Positions 56,074 through 64,000 of a stretch of DNA of 64,000 nucleotides are shown here, in pieces. Source of the stretch: Candidatus Woesearchaeota archaeon (GTDB lineage Archaea; Nanobdellota; Nanobdellia; Woesearchaeales; JAGVZT01); NCBI GenBank assembly GCA_043812815.1, contig JBDRLT010000037.1:16965-80964 (forward strand). Direction: 5' to 3'. The notes below the pieces were generated by a model. That model was not told the DNA's origin. It saw only the letters and a program-made list of their open reading frames with translations, and made no database searches. Both the position numbers and the translations under genes were made by a program. Each line of letters opens with the position of its first letter. Position 1 is the stretch's first letter.

Positions 56074-57058
56074 ATGCAAGAGAAATTTCCGTATGAGCAG
56101 GTCAAGCGTGAAATCATCACAAGAAAAGAGGCAGAAACAGATCCCAAATATGGAAATGCTCCTGAAAATATTTCTGCAGAGGCATTACTAAATTCAGGTG
56201 TAGTCAACATAGACAAGCCCACAGGTCCAACCTCCCACCAAATACCAGATTATGTAAAAAAAAATACTCCACTTAAGCAAGGCTGGCCACACTGGCACCC
56301 TTGACCCGAAAGTTACTGGAGTCCTGCCCATCGCCCTTGGCAAATCAACCAAAGTGACCCAGCTATTGCTCACTGCAGGCAAGGAATATATTGCACTGAT
56401 GCACCTCCACAAAGACTTTGATGAAAAAATCCTCAGGCAGGCATGCGACAGCTTAGTAGGCTCAATCACCCAGCTCCCACCAATAAAATCAAGCGTCAAA
56501 CGCAGATACCGCGAAAGACAGATCTATTACCTGAACATTTTAGACATAGCAGACAGAGACGTGCTCTTCAAAGTTGGCTGCCAGGCAGGCACTTATGTGA
56601 GAAAACTCATCCATGACCTTGGCCAAACACTCAAGGTGGGTGCCCACATGGTGGAACTAAGGCGTACTCGGGTCGGTCCGCTTAATGAAACCAACATTTT
56701 TACACTCCAAGACCTAAGCGATGCTTACTACTACCTAATAAACGGCAACCCCAAACCATTCAAGAAAATGGTAATGCCAGTTGAAAAAGCAATCACCCAC
56801 CTCCCGAAAATATGGATCATGGACTCGGCAGTTGACACACTCTGCCATGGTGCCTCTCTCAGCAACCCAGGAATAAGCAAGCTTGACTCTGGCATCCAGA
56901 AGGAAAACAGAGTGGCAATTTTAACTCTCAAAGGCGAGCTGGTATGCTATGGTGTTACAGTAGCATCATCTGAAGAAATGCTCGCCCAAAAAGGATTGGC
57001 AGTAAAAACAGAGAGGGTATTTATGGAGCCTTTGACCTATCCTAAGCCTTGTTCTTGA
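56074..57058 (+). pseudogene. cbf5: cbf5 (TruB-family H/ACA pseudouridine synthase with PUA domain), interrupted by a +1 frameshift in an A9 homopolymer (56256-56264); possibly a sequencing error
   Basis: Frame 1 gives GVVNIDKPTGPTSHQIPDYVKK, then runs out of frame. Frame +1 continues (K)ILHLSKAGHTGTLDPKVTGVLPIALGKSTKVTQLL... Removing one A restores the canonical ...SHxxVxWVKKIL...KAGHxGTLDP. Confidence 0.8.
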
Positions 57059-57350
57059 AACAGTCAATAAATCTGCAGCTCTTGCCTGTCTTTTTGCATA
57101 TGAAGTCAATCTTTTCCTCTTCAACCATTGGCTTCTTATACTCACAGTTCTCCCAGATATACCTCTTCCACTCAAGAATATTTGTGAACTGTTTGCTTAC
57201 TCCCTGGCCCAGCAGCTCAACAGCCTTCTTTTCCTCAAGCTCAATCTTCTCCTTTTCATGCACAAGCTGGTCCTCTTCGCTCTTCAACTCGCGCAAGGCT
57301 CCCAAAATCTCATCCAACTTCTTATAGATCATCTCGTTGCTGACTTCCAT
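57042..57350 (-). CDS. hypothetical small protein with a C-terminal Cys cluster
   Basis: 102 aa, coiled-coil N-terminus, CEYKKP...CKKTGKSCRFIDC. Confidence 0.35.
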   Translation of the reverse strand: MEVSNEMIYKKLDEILGALRELKSEEDQLVHEKEKIELEEKKAVELLGQGVSKQFTNILEWKRYIWENCEYKKPMVEEEKIDFICKKTGKSCRFIDCFKNKA

Positions 57351-57425
57351 ATCACCAAATCCCCTCCTGTATTATAAAAACTTTCTTTCCAAACATATAT
57401 ATAGTTAACAAGCCTCGCCTGCACC

Positions 57426-58355
57426 ATGGACTTCCAGAAAATAATCAGGGTGGAGAAACCGCAAGCTTATCTTGACAACGCTTTCCACAATGCACGCCAG
57501 AAAGCCCCAAAATCGAGCTCTATCCGTGACCCAGCAGTCAGGGTGCGCCTCAACGAACGCCAGAAAATCAAGGTTGTGGCTGCATCACTCACCAACTCGC
57601 TTGATAAAATCCTCACATCATTCCCCCAATTCGATGCACTCCCTGAGTTCTACCAAGAGCTTGTCAAAGCAATGCTTGACTACCGCCAACTGAAAAAGTC
57701 GCTGGGTGCAATAACCTGGGCTCAAAAACAAATAGGGATTCTGCACAAAAAAGCAACCATCGGCATGAAATCCCGCAATGTAAATGAAATCATCCAGCAG
57801 CGCACAGTTTACTATGGCAGAGTCGCTTCTGTGATAAAGCAAATCAGCCCGGCCCTTGAGTATCTTGAACAAGTCAGAAAAACAATGCGAACCTTCCCAA
57901 ACATCAAACCTGGCCTAAAAACCATTGTGATTTTGGGATTCCCAAACACAGGCAAAACAACACTGCTATCCAAACTCACAACTGCCAAACCCAAAATTGC
58001 AGCCTATCCTTTTACCACCCAAACAATAAACACAGGCTATGCAACCCAAGGCTCAAAAACACTTCAGATTCTTGACACCCCAGGCACGCTCAACCGCTAC
58101 GAAAAGATGAATCCCATTGAGAAACAGGCCATTATCTCAATCAAACTGGCTGACTGCATTGTTTATGTTTTTGACCCAACTGAGGAATATCCCATTGATC
58201 AGCAAATCAAGCTTTACAAAAAGCTGCTCGCCATGCACAAGCAGGTAGTTGTTTTTTTAAGCAAAACAGACCTCGTATCCACCAGCGAATTTGAAATCTA
58301 CCAGCCATTCACAGACCCAGAAAAACTCAAGGCTCACTTATTCTCATTAAGCTGA
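57426..58355 (+). CDS. nog1: NOG1-like GTP-binding protein (archaeal Nog1 homolog)
   Basis: NOG1 N-terminal helical domain. G1 ILGFPNTGKTTLLSKLT, G3 DTPG. TATA-like ATATATATAG lies just upstream. Confidence 0.7.
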   Translation: MDFQKIIRVEKPQAYLDNAFHNARQKAPKSSSIRDPAVRVRLNERQKIKVVAASLTNSLDKILTSFPQFDALPEFYQELVKAMLDYRQLKKSLGAITWAQKQIGILHKKATIGMKSRNVNEIIQQRTVYYGRVASVIKQISPALEYLEQVRKTMRTFPNIKPGLKTIVILGFPNTGKTTLLSKLTTAKPKIAAYPFTTQTINTGYATQGSKTLQILDTPGTLNRYEKMNPIEKQAIISIKLADCIVYVFDPTEEYPIDQQIKLYKKLLAMHKQVVVFLSKTDLVSTSEFEIYQPFTDPEKLKAHLFSLS

Positions 58356-58858
58356 ATCTTGCACGCGCACGGCAGCTTATACCCTGCTCTCTTCAGGCCA
58401 AGCTTGCAATTCTTAACATATTCCTTATTGGTGTAGCAGGAAAACACAGTCTGATCCTGCTTCACTCGGGCAGCTCTCCCAACAGCCTTGCCAAAAGCAT
58501 GAGCCATTCCAGTTGAAAAACGGTCAGCACCTGCACCTTTAGCCAGCGGGTTCTCCCTCAGCACATGATGGGGATGAATCCTTAATTTCAGGAAAAAATT
58601 CTGCTTGCCAACCGTCTTCTCCAGATACCTGTTGCAGCTCTGCCTTGCAGCCTCTATTGCCTCTTGCCTTATCTGCAAACCCTTGCTTGACTGCAGCTCG
58701 AGTACATACTCATAACTTTTCTTAGAATTCCCCATATCTGCTTTAACAACCTTAACGGCAGGGCTGGCCTTAACAAAAGCCTTGGCCTTGTACTTGGATA
58801 TCCTTGTATATGGCCTTTCCAGCCTTGTGTATGATCTGCCTTTTCTAAGCTTTGCCAT
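58334..58858 (-). CDS. rpl10e: 50S ribosomal protein L10e (uL16)
   Basis: RKGRSYTRLERPYTRISKYK...LRIHPHHVLRENPLAKGAGADRFSTGM. Confidence 0.85.
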   Translation of the reverse strand: MAKLRKGRSYTRLERPYTRISKYKAKAFVKASPAVKVVKADMGNSKKSYEYVLELQSSKGLQIRQEAIEAARQSCNRYLEKTVGKQNFFLKLRIHPHHVLRENPLAKGAGADRFSTGMAHAFGKAVGRAARVKQDQTVFSCYTNKEYVKNCKLGLKRAGYKLPCACKIQLNENK

Positions 58859-58951
58859 AGCCAGAAAGTAACTAGGATGGGTTTATAAAGGTTTTGGGTG
58901 TTGATACGTGGATTTTGATCATAAAAATAGGAAAACCAATACACGCGAGGA

Positions 58952-59230
58952 CAACGACAAGGGCACGGACGAACTTTTGCCTAAGTCCTACTACGTTGAA
59001 CACAACCCCACACTTCGTTTGGGAACGTGTTCAACTTCGTCCGGCCATGTCGTCCTCGTTTTACAGCAAAGGCTGTGATGATAATGGCGCCGACCAGGCG
59101 GGGGAGGTCCTGTGCGGGACAAGGGAAAAGCAATGCTTTTCCGTGTGCTCAAAAACCTTAGGTTTCTGATATGGCTGGTAGGACAAATTCATTTGGCCGT
59201 CTCGCGCCATAATCGTCATCGCCAAAAAAG
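58952..59230 (+). ncRNA. GC-rich highly structured ncRNA candidate (possibly SRP/7S RNA); strand uncertain
   Basis: About 280 nt of conspicuously elevated GC between AT-rich flanks. Long imperfect helix CGAGGACAACGACAAGGGCACGGACGAA / TTCGTCCGGCCATGTCGTCCTCG enclosing the hairpin GTTGAACAC...GTGTTCAAC. Hairpin GGAAAAGCAATGCTTTTCC. Terminal pairing GATGATAATGGCGCC / GCGCCATAATCGTCATC. ACCAGGCGGGGGAGGTCC...GGACAAGGGAAAAGCAA is vaguely SRP helix-8-like. TATA-like ATAAAAATAG about 25 nt upstream. Confidence 0.4.
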
Positions 59231-59261
59231 TATGTACTAAATACTTAAGAAATTGAAAAAA

Positions 59262-59861
59262 TCAAATCAACCCAATCTCATCCTTAATGCCCTTCACAGC
59301 ATCAATTGCTATTTGGAAAAACTCCTCCAGCCCCAAGCCTGCCTTCTCTATCTCCCTAACCAGCTCCCTATGACAATTGGCAGCAAAACTCTTATCCTTA
59401 AACTTCTTCTTCAAACCCTTAACTTCCATGTCTGATATTTTGCCTTTCATCAAGGCATACGCAAAAATAATCCCAGTCAAAGTCTCAGCAGCAGTTAAAG
59501 CAAACTCTATCTTCTTTGTCCTTTGCTTGTCCTTCCAAATAGTAATTCTATTATACCCATAACCGTGAGACTGCACAATCTGAACAAACTCAGCATTAAA
59601 CCCCTGCTTTTTCAGAATCTCTGCACACTCAACAGTATGCTTACTCCAATCATCCCGGGTTAGCGCCCAATCAACATCATGCAGCAACCCGAGCATTGCC
59701 CAGTACTCCTCATCCTCGCTAAAGTGTTTAGCCAAAGCTCTCATAATAGCCTCAGTTTCCAAGTAATGATTCATATCACTCTCTGTCTGAGGCATTGATC
59801 TGAGAAGTCCAAGTGCTTGTTCCCGAGTAATAGGTAAATCCATCTTCTCTGAGAACTTCAC
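59262..59861 (-). CDS. HD-domain metal-dependent phosphohydrolase (COG2316-like)
   Basis: H...MLGLLHDVDWALTRDDWSKH...H HD motif. Confidence 0.6.
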   Translation of the reverse strand: MKFSEKMDLPITREQALGLLRSMPQTESDMNHYLETEAIMRALAKHFSEDEEYWAMLGLLHDVDWALTRDDWSKHTVECAEILKKQGFNAEFVQIVQSHGYGYNRITIWKDKQRTKKIEFALTAAETLTGIIFAYALMKGKISDMEVKGLKKKFKDKSFAANCHRELVREIEKAGLGLEEFFQIAIDAVKGIKDEIGLI

Positions 59862-59878
59862 TCACTTAAAATATTTTT

Positions 59879-60088
59879 CTAATCTACCAGAGAAATCGCA
59901 GCATGCTTACAAGCAGCCACACAAGCACCACAACTAGAACACAACTCATTATTAACAATAATCTTGTCTCCCCTCTCCAAAGCGCCAGTAGCACACACTT
60001 CCACACAGCCATCACATGCTCCGCACGCACAACTAGTACACTTGCCCTCCTTCCAGCAGCATTTATCATAATCGATTTTGACTGGCAT
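59879..60088 (-). CDS. small Cys-rich 4Fe-4S ferredoxin-like protein
   Basis: CSSCGACVAAC (CxxCxxCxxxC) plus a second cluster region KCCWKEGKCTSCACGACDGCVEVC. Confidence 0.5.
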   Translation of the reverse strand: MPVKIDYDKCCWKEGKCTSCACGACDGCVEVCATGALERGDKIIVNNELCSSCGACVAACKHAAISLVD

Positions 60089-60140
60089 CTTAGTAAATAA
60101 CCTAACACCATTTAAATAACTAACTTATTGTAATCATCTT

Positions 60141-60761
60141 TTATTTACGAAAAGCAACTATCAACGCAAGCACCAGCAACGCTGCTCCAAGCATTTTGTT
60201 AACAATATACTGTTGCTTTGAATACACAGACCTAACTCTCTTGTGCGTAAAAAACATTGAAAGAACAGACGCCATAATAAACGAATTCAAAGGCATCGCA
60301 ACCCACAAAAACACCACAACCCACTTTGGTGCACCCGTGGCTATCACAGATGCAAAAATACTCGCAAAAAACAACGAAGCTTGCGGACTTAAAATATTTG
60401 TTAAAAAGCCAATTTTGGCTGCCTCGAATCTTGAAATGTCTTTATGCTTACCAGATGTTATTTTCTTCTTTTCATTTTTCATCCGAATGGTCTTAATTCC
60501 AAGATAACAAAGATAACCAACACCCAGAAACTTAATAATATTAAAAGCGATAGTAGATCTTGAAATAATAAGCGAAATACCTGTAACTGAATAGGTAATA
60601 TGAATGAAATTCCCAATCGCAATTCCAACAGCAGTCCATATTCCAGACTTACGAGAATAAACCAGAGAATTCCTTATTATTAACACAAACAAAGGACCAG
60701 GGGTAAACCAGGCAAAAACATGCACAGCCAAGATAGTACCAATTAGGATTAGGTTTTCCAT
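60141..60761 (-). CDS. LysE/RhtB-family amino-acid exporter
   Basis: FTPGPLFVLIIRNSL...GIAIGNFIH pattern, 6 TM, 206 aa. Confidence 0.65.
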   Translation of the reverse strand: MENLILIGTILAVHVFAWFTPGPLFVLIIRNSLVYSRKSGIWTAVGIAIGNFIHITYSVTGISLIISRSTIAFNIIKFLGVGYLCYLGIKTIRMKNEKKKITSGKHKDISRFEAAKIGFLTNILSPQASLFFASIFASVIATGAPKWVVVFLWVAMPLNSFIMASVLSMFFTHKRVRSVYSKQQYIVNKMLGAALLVLALIVAFRK

Positions 60762-61230
60762 CCAAGCAACTCCCTGAATTCATGTTTGCCCAATTTAACC
60801 AGTCTTGCATCTTTCCCTAAATCGCTCTCAGTAATCTCCTCCCCCATCCACTCTAAAGGCTCAAAAGCCCTAGCCTCCTTTTCAGATAAGAACTCAACCT
60901 CAGCCCTAACCAATCCCTCATAATTGCCGTGATATATTTTAATAGAAATATTTGGATTATCTGAAAACAGATAACTATCCCTAATAATGGCTTTTGTAGA
61001 AATTCTCTTTAACTTTTCAAACTCTTCCTTTGATATCTCTGTTTTTTCAGTCTTCCTAGTCAAATTAGATTCCCTAAACTTCTTTTCCCGCTCATACGAA
61101 GCACTTTTTTCTGGATCCTATCCTCAAAATAGGGTTCAATCTTCAAAAAATATCTCTCAAATCTTACACTTTCTTTACCAGCCAAATCTGGAAGCTTCCT
61201 AACCAAAAACTTTCTCTCAATCTCATTCAT
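60749..61230 (-). pseudogene. CYTH-domain (triphosphate tunnel metalloenzyme) protein split by a frameshift near an A6 run (61100-61105 region); possibly a sequencing error
   Basis: The N-terminal ORF (61230 down to about 61060) reads MNEIERKFLVRKLPDLAGK... with the EIERKFLV hallmark. The C-terminal frame reads ...LTRKTEKTEISKEEFEKLKRIS...YHGNYEGLVRAEVEFLSEKEARAFEPLEWMGEEITES, the CYTH C-terminal pattern. Confidence 0.65.
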
Positions 61231-61365
61231 AAAGATACTATGTGTATCCCTAAATAAGAATTTTTCTAATTAGAGCAATTCTCCTATTCATACCTAAGCG
61301 TATACTCATTATTTTCGTAGCTTTACGATACTATTTATACCTTAAAGCATACTCACTTACGTTCG

Positions 61366-61392
61366 TAGCACTACGCTACTCATAGCGTAGTG
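61366..61392. terminator. perfect 11-bp inverted repeat GCACTACGCTA-ctcat-TAGCGTAGTGC overlapping the stop codon of the permease gene (candidate terminator or processing hairpin)
   Basis: The palindrome is directly visible. Nearby words cgtag/ctacg recur at 61310-61365. Confidence 0.3.
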
Positions 61393-62584
61393 CATCCACT
61401 GGATTCATCTTAGCAGCCTGAATAGCAGGTAACACCCCAGAAACAGTCCCAACCACAAAACTAAACACCAAAGAACCAACAATTAAATACCAAGGAAAAT
61501 CAGGATGCAAATAAGTGGTACCAACCTGCGCAGCTAAATTACCAACCATAGTGCTAAGCCCCATCCCCAACGCCACCCCCACAATCCCGCCCGCCAGCCC
61601 AAGCAGCCCAGACTCAATCAGAAAAATCCACATAATATCAGAATTACGGGCACCAATAGCCTTCATAATTCCAATATCTCTAGTGCGCTGCAGCACACTT
61701 GTATACATCGTATTCATAATCCCTATCCCGCCGACAAACAGGCTGATAAAAGCAATCCCAATAAGCACAACCTGTACAATAGTAAACACCGTGGCAAAAA
61801 CCTCAGCAAGATCCTGGCTTGTCTGCACCTGAAAGTCCTCCTCGCCCTCTTGAACATCCCTATGCTTTCTCAAAGCCTTCTTCACAGCCTCTGCAACAGC
61901 CCCCACATCCTCTCCTGGCAACGTGTTGGCCATCAAAAAATGATAGATATCCGGCTCATCAAACAGCTCCCTTGCAGTATCAATAGGTATGTAAACATTG
62001 CTGTCATCCTCTGGATTCCCAACCCTGCTCAAAATACCCACGACAACAAACTCTTTCCCCTCAACAGTAATCTTATCCCTCACACTGACTGGTTTTTCAA
62101 ATAGATCTCCCTCATAATGCCTTATCCCCACAATCGCCTTGTACTTATCACCATCAGACAGCTCCCTGCCCTCTAGCACAGTAAAACTCTGCATACTCTC
62201 AATAATCTCCTTCTCCTTGCCAGAAAGCGGAATCCCCATAACATAGCTATATTTAACATCATCTTTAAACTCCAACTTGGCAATCTTGAAAAGCATCCCA
62301 GTAGCAGTATCAACACCCTTTGTCCGAGCAATCACCTGCAAATCAGACTTATCCAGCTCAGAGCCGCCGCCCACCCCAAAAAAGCCGCCGCCAGGGCTAA
62401 CCATAATCTTGTCAGAACCCATCATCTCAAACTGCTCTGTAATCGCCTTTTGCAGCCCGCCACCCAAACTCAGCAAAGCAACAACAGCTGCAATCCCAAT
62501 AAAAATCCCCAGCATAGTCAGCCAGGTACGCATTTTCCGCTCCTTAAAAGTCCCAAACGCAAAACCAAAATATTCAGCAATCAT
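61376..62584 (-). CDS. ABC transporter permease, MacB/FtsX-like (MacB periplasmic domain plus FtsX 4-TM), paralog 2
   Basis: N-terminal TM, large extracytoplasmic domain, C-terminal FISLFVGGIGIMNTMYTSVLQRTRDIGIMKAIGARNSDI... Confidence 0.75.
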   Translation of the reverse strand: MIAEYFGFAFGTFKERKMRTWLTMLGIFIGIAAVVALLSLGGGLQKAITEQFEMMGSDKIMVSPGGGFFGVGGGSELDKSDLQVIARTKGVDTATGMLFKIAKLEFKDDVKYSYVMGIPLSGKEKEIIESMQSFTVLEGRELSDGDKYKAIVGIRHYEGDLFEKPVSVRDKITVEGKEFVVVGILSRVGNPEDDSNVYIPIDTARELFDEPDIYHFLMANTLPGEDVGAVAEAVKKALRKHRDVQEGEEDFQVQTSQDLAEVFATVFTIVQVVLIGIAFISLFVGGIGIMNTMYTSVLQRTRDIGIMKAIGARNSDIMWIFLIESGLLGLAGGIVGVALGMGLSTMVGNLAAQVGTTYLHPDFPWYLIVGSLVFSFVVGTVSGVLPAIQAAKMNPVDALRYE

Positions 62585-63801
62585 GCATACTTCCTCAACG
62601 CATCCACTGGATTCATCTTAGCAGCCTGCAGCGCAGGCAGCACCCCTGACAAAGACCCAATCATGAACGAAAACCCCACTGCACCCAAAACAAGGATAGG
62701 AGAAACATAAGCCTTAAGACTTGGAACCCCAAATTGCACTGCAATAGCCTGCACGCTGATACTCATACTCAACCCTAATACCAGCCCAATAACGCCGCCA
62801 ACCACCCCTAGCAGCCCAGACTCAATCAAGAAAATCCACATAATATCAGAATTACGGGCACCAATAGCCTTCATAATTCCTATCTCTCTAGTGCGCTCAA
62901 GCACACTCGTATACATCGTATTCATAATCCCAATCCCGCCAACCACCAGGCTAATAGCAGCAATCCCCACCAGCACAGCCTGCACCACATCCAAAATAAC
63001 CAAAAACGATCTCACTGTTTGCTGCGCTGTCTGCACACTGAAATCTTCCTCATCCTCTTTGACATCCCTGGATTTCCTCAGAGCCTTCCGAATCTCCAAA
63101 GCCACATCCTGGGCTTCAAAACCTTTTTTCACCAACACCATTACCATCGACACTTCAGTTTCCTCCTGAAAAATTTCTCTTGCTTTCTCAAGAGGAATCC
63201 TTACAATAATATCATGCACACCAGTGCCTGCCTTTTTCTGCACACCCACAACACCAAACTCAACACCCTTAATCAGAATAGTGTCTCCAGCACGGATATC
63301 ACTCTTAAAATGATCATACGCCACAGCATTGCCCAAAACAGCTGCATAACCATCACCCTGCTTCAGCTGCCTGCCATCCTCAATATCAAGAAAAGAGGTG
63401 CTGCTCACCACCTTTTCAGTCTCACTCGAAACAGGGTAGCCCTGCACACTCGCATATTTCAGCTCATCTTCAAACTGGATCTGCACAGTCTTACTGAATG
63501 TTGCAAGACTAACATCAACTCCCCTGACATCCTTCACCACATCCCAGTCTTTTTCAGTCAGCTTTGCGGTAACAAGCCCAGATCCGCCAGGGCCCATAAA
63601 CCTGCTGCCAGGCACAATAAGAATCCGGTTAGAACCAACCCTCTCAAATTGCTCTGTAATCGCATTCTGCATCCCCTGCCCCATGCTGATCAAAGCAACC
63701 ACAGCAGCAATCCCCACAAAGATGCCAAGCATGGTCAGCCAGCTCCTCATCTTCCTGGAGAGGATCCCGTCAACAGCAAATCTAAAGTAATCACTAATCA
63801 T
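62581..63801 (-). CDS. ABC transporter permease, MacB/FtsX-like, paralog 1
   Basis: Same architecture, AISLVVGGIGIMNTMYTSVLERTREIGIMKAIGARNSDI. ATGA overlap with the downstream paralog. Confidence 0.75.
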   Translation of the reverse strand: MISDYFRFAVDGILSRKMRSWLTMLGIFVGIAAVVALISMGQGMQNAITEQFERVGSNRILIVPGSRFMGPGGSGLVTAKLTEKDWDVVKDVRGVDVSLATFSKTVQIQFEDELKYASVQGYPVSSETEKVVSSTSFLDIEDGRQLKQGDGYAAVLGNAVAYDHFKSDIRAGDTILIKGVEFGVVGVQKKAGTGVHDIIVRIPLEKAREIFQEETEVSMVMVLVKKGFEAQDVALEIRKALRKSRDVKEDEEDFSVQTAQQTVRSFLVILDVVQAVLVGIAAISLVVGGIGIMNTMYTSVLERTREIGIMKAIGARNSDIMWIFLIESGLLGVVGGVIGLVLGLSMSISVQAIAVQFGVPSLKAYVSPILVLGAVGFSFMIGSLSGVLPALQAAKMNPVDALRKYA

Positions 63802-64000
63802 TTGGATGGCTTTTTCTTCCTTCTGCTATACAAATAGTAGCCTCCAACAACAATCACCAGCAAAATCACTATCCCTGTAAAACTGCTCCCTTTTGCCAAC
63901 CCATACCTCTTCAGCTCATCTCCAGAATACAGCTTCAATTCCAAATCAAAATTCTCGCCGAACCTCTCATTGTTTGGATCTGTATATTCAAGCCTAATAG
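63798..64000 (-). CDS. C-terminal end of a membrane-anchored hypothetical protein (partial; continues past the window end)
   Basis: Open frame ...YTDPNNERFGENFDLELKLYSGDELKRYGLAKGSSFTGIVILLVIVVGGYYLYSRRKKKPSK, with the stop overlapping the permease ATG. Confidence 0.4.
   Translation of the reverse strand, partial: IRLEYTDPNNERFGENFDLELKLYSGDELKRYGLAKGSSFTGIVILLVIVVGGYYLYSRRKKKPSK

Noticed and set aside
58952-59230. RNase P RNA
   Set aside because: The universally conserved P4 and CR-II/III elements (AGGAAAGUCCGGGC, GGUAAGAGCGCACC, ACAGAANNGGGCUUA) are absent. SRP RNA or another sRNA is more plausible.

Overview
This 64 kb window reads as an archaeal chromosome segment of roughly 40-45% GC by eye. 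Most intergenic regions are short and AT-rich with TATA-like boxes close to start codons. The lineage is probably an uncultivated, DPANN-like archaeon, because it has intron-rich tRNAs and giant adhesin-like proteins, but the sequence alone does not settle this.

Main content:
- **Ribosomal protein supercluster (minus strand, 42376 down to 29152):** 24 genes, L3-L4-L23-L2-S19-L22-S3-L29-SUI1-Rnp1(Rpp29)-S17-L14-L24-S4e-L5-S14-S8-L6-L32e-L19e-L18-S5-L30-L15, then SecY, then a DUF106/EMC3-like (YidC-type) insertase. The eukaryote-type proteins (L19e, L32e, S4e, plus S19e, L39e and L31e further along) mark it as archaeal.
- **Information-processing genes:** TFB, a Trm112-like micro-ORF absent from the ORF track, a PDCD5-like DNA-binding protein, Cbf5, a Nog1-like GTPase, L10e and a partial TruD.
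- **Housekeeping and lipid genes:** CarS (CDP-archaeol synthase) with a CDP-alcohol phosphatidyltransferase, rubrerythrin, NUDIX, a PfkB kinase, LysE, an HD hydrolase and a small ferredoxin-like protein.
- **MoxR - DUF58 - vWA(BatA-like) operon** on the minus strand (5823 down to 2996).
- **Surface-protein island (about 7.2-26.7 kb):** two large N-glycosylation-sequon-rich type-I membrane proteins with cadherin-like (He_PIG) repeats, two CARDB-like paralogs, several small secreted proteins and a 2615-aa giant adhesin-like protein. A tandem-HTH regulator gene sits just upstream, preceded by an intergenic array of 'TTACTnATnAATAATGTA' repeats.
- **RNA genes:** a tRNA-Arg(CCT) that appears to carry two introns, a tRNA-Ser(TGA) with a 12-nt intron, and a GC-rich structured ncRNA candidate (possibly SRP RNA).

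Other notable points: an 11-bp direct repeat of the tRNA-Ser 3' end lies about 0.8 kb downstream and brackets an AT-rich nuclease-encoding segment, which looks like an integration remnant. cbf5 and a CYTH gene are both broken by frameshifts inside poly-A runs. One protein fuses a SpoT-type HD domain to an MGMT alkyltransferase domain. A triple palindromic operator (TTGTTGA-N3-TCAACAA) sits upstream of the large surface-protein genes. No CRISPR array or rRNA gene was seen.
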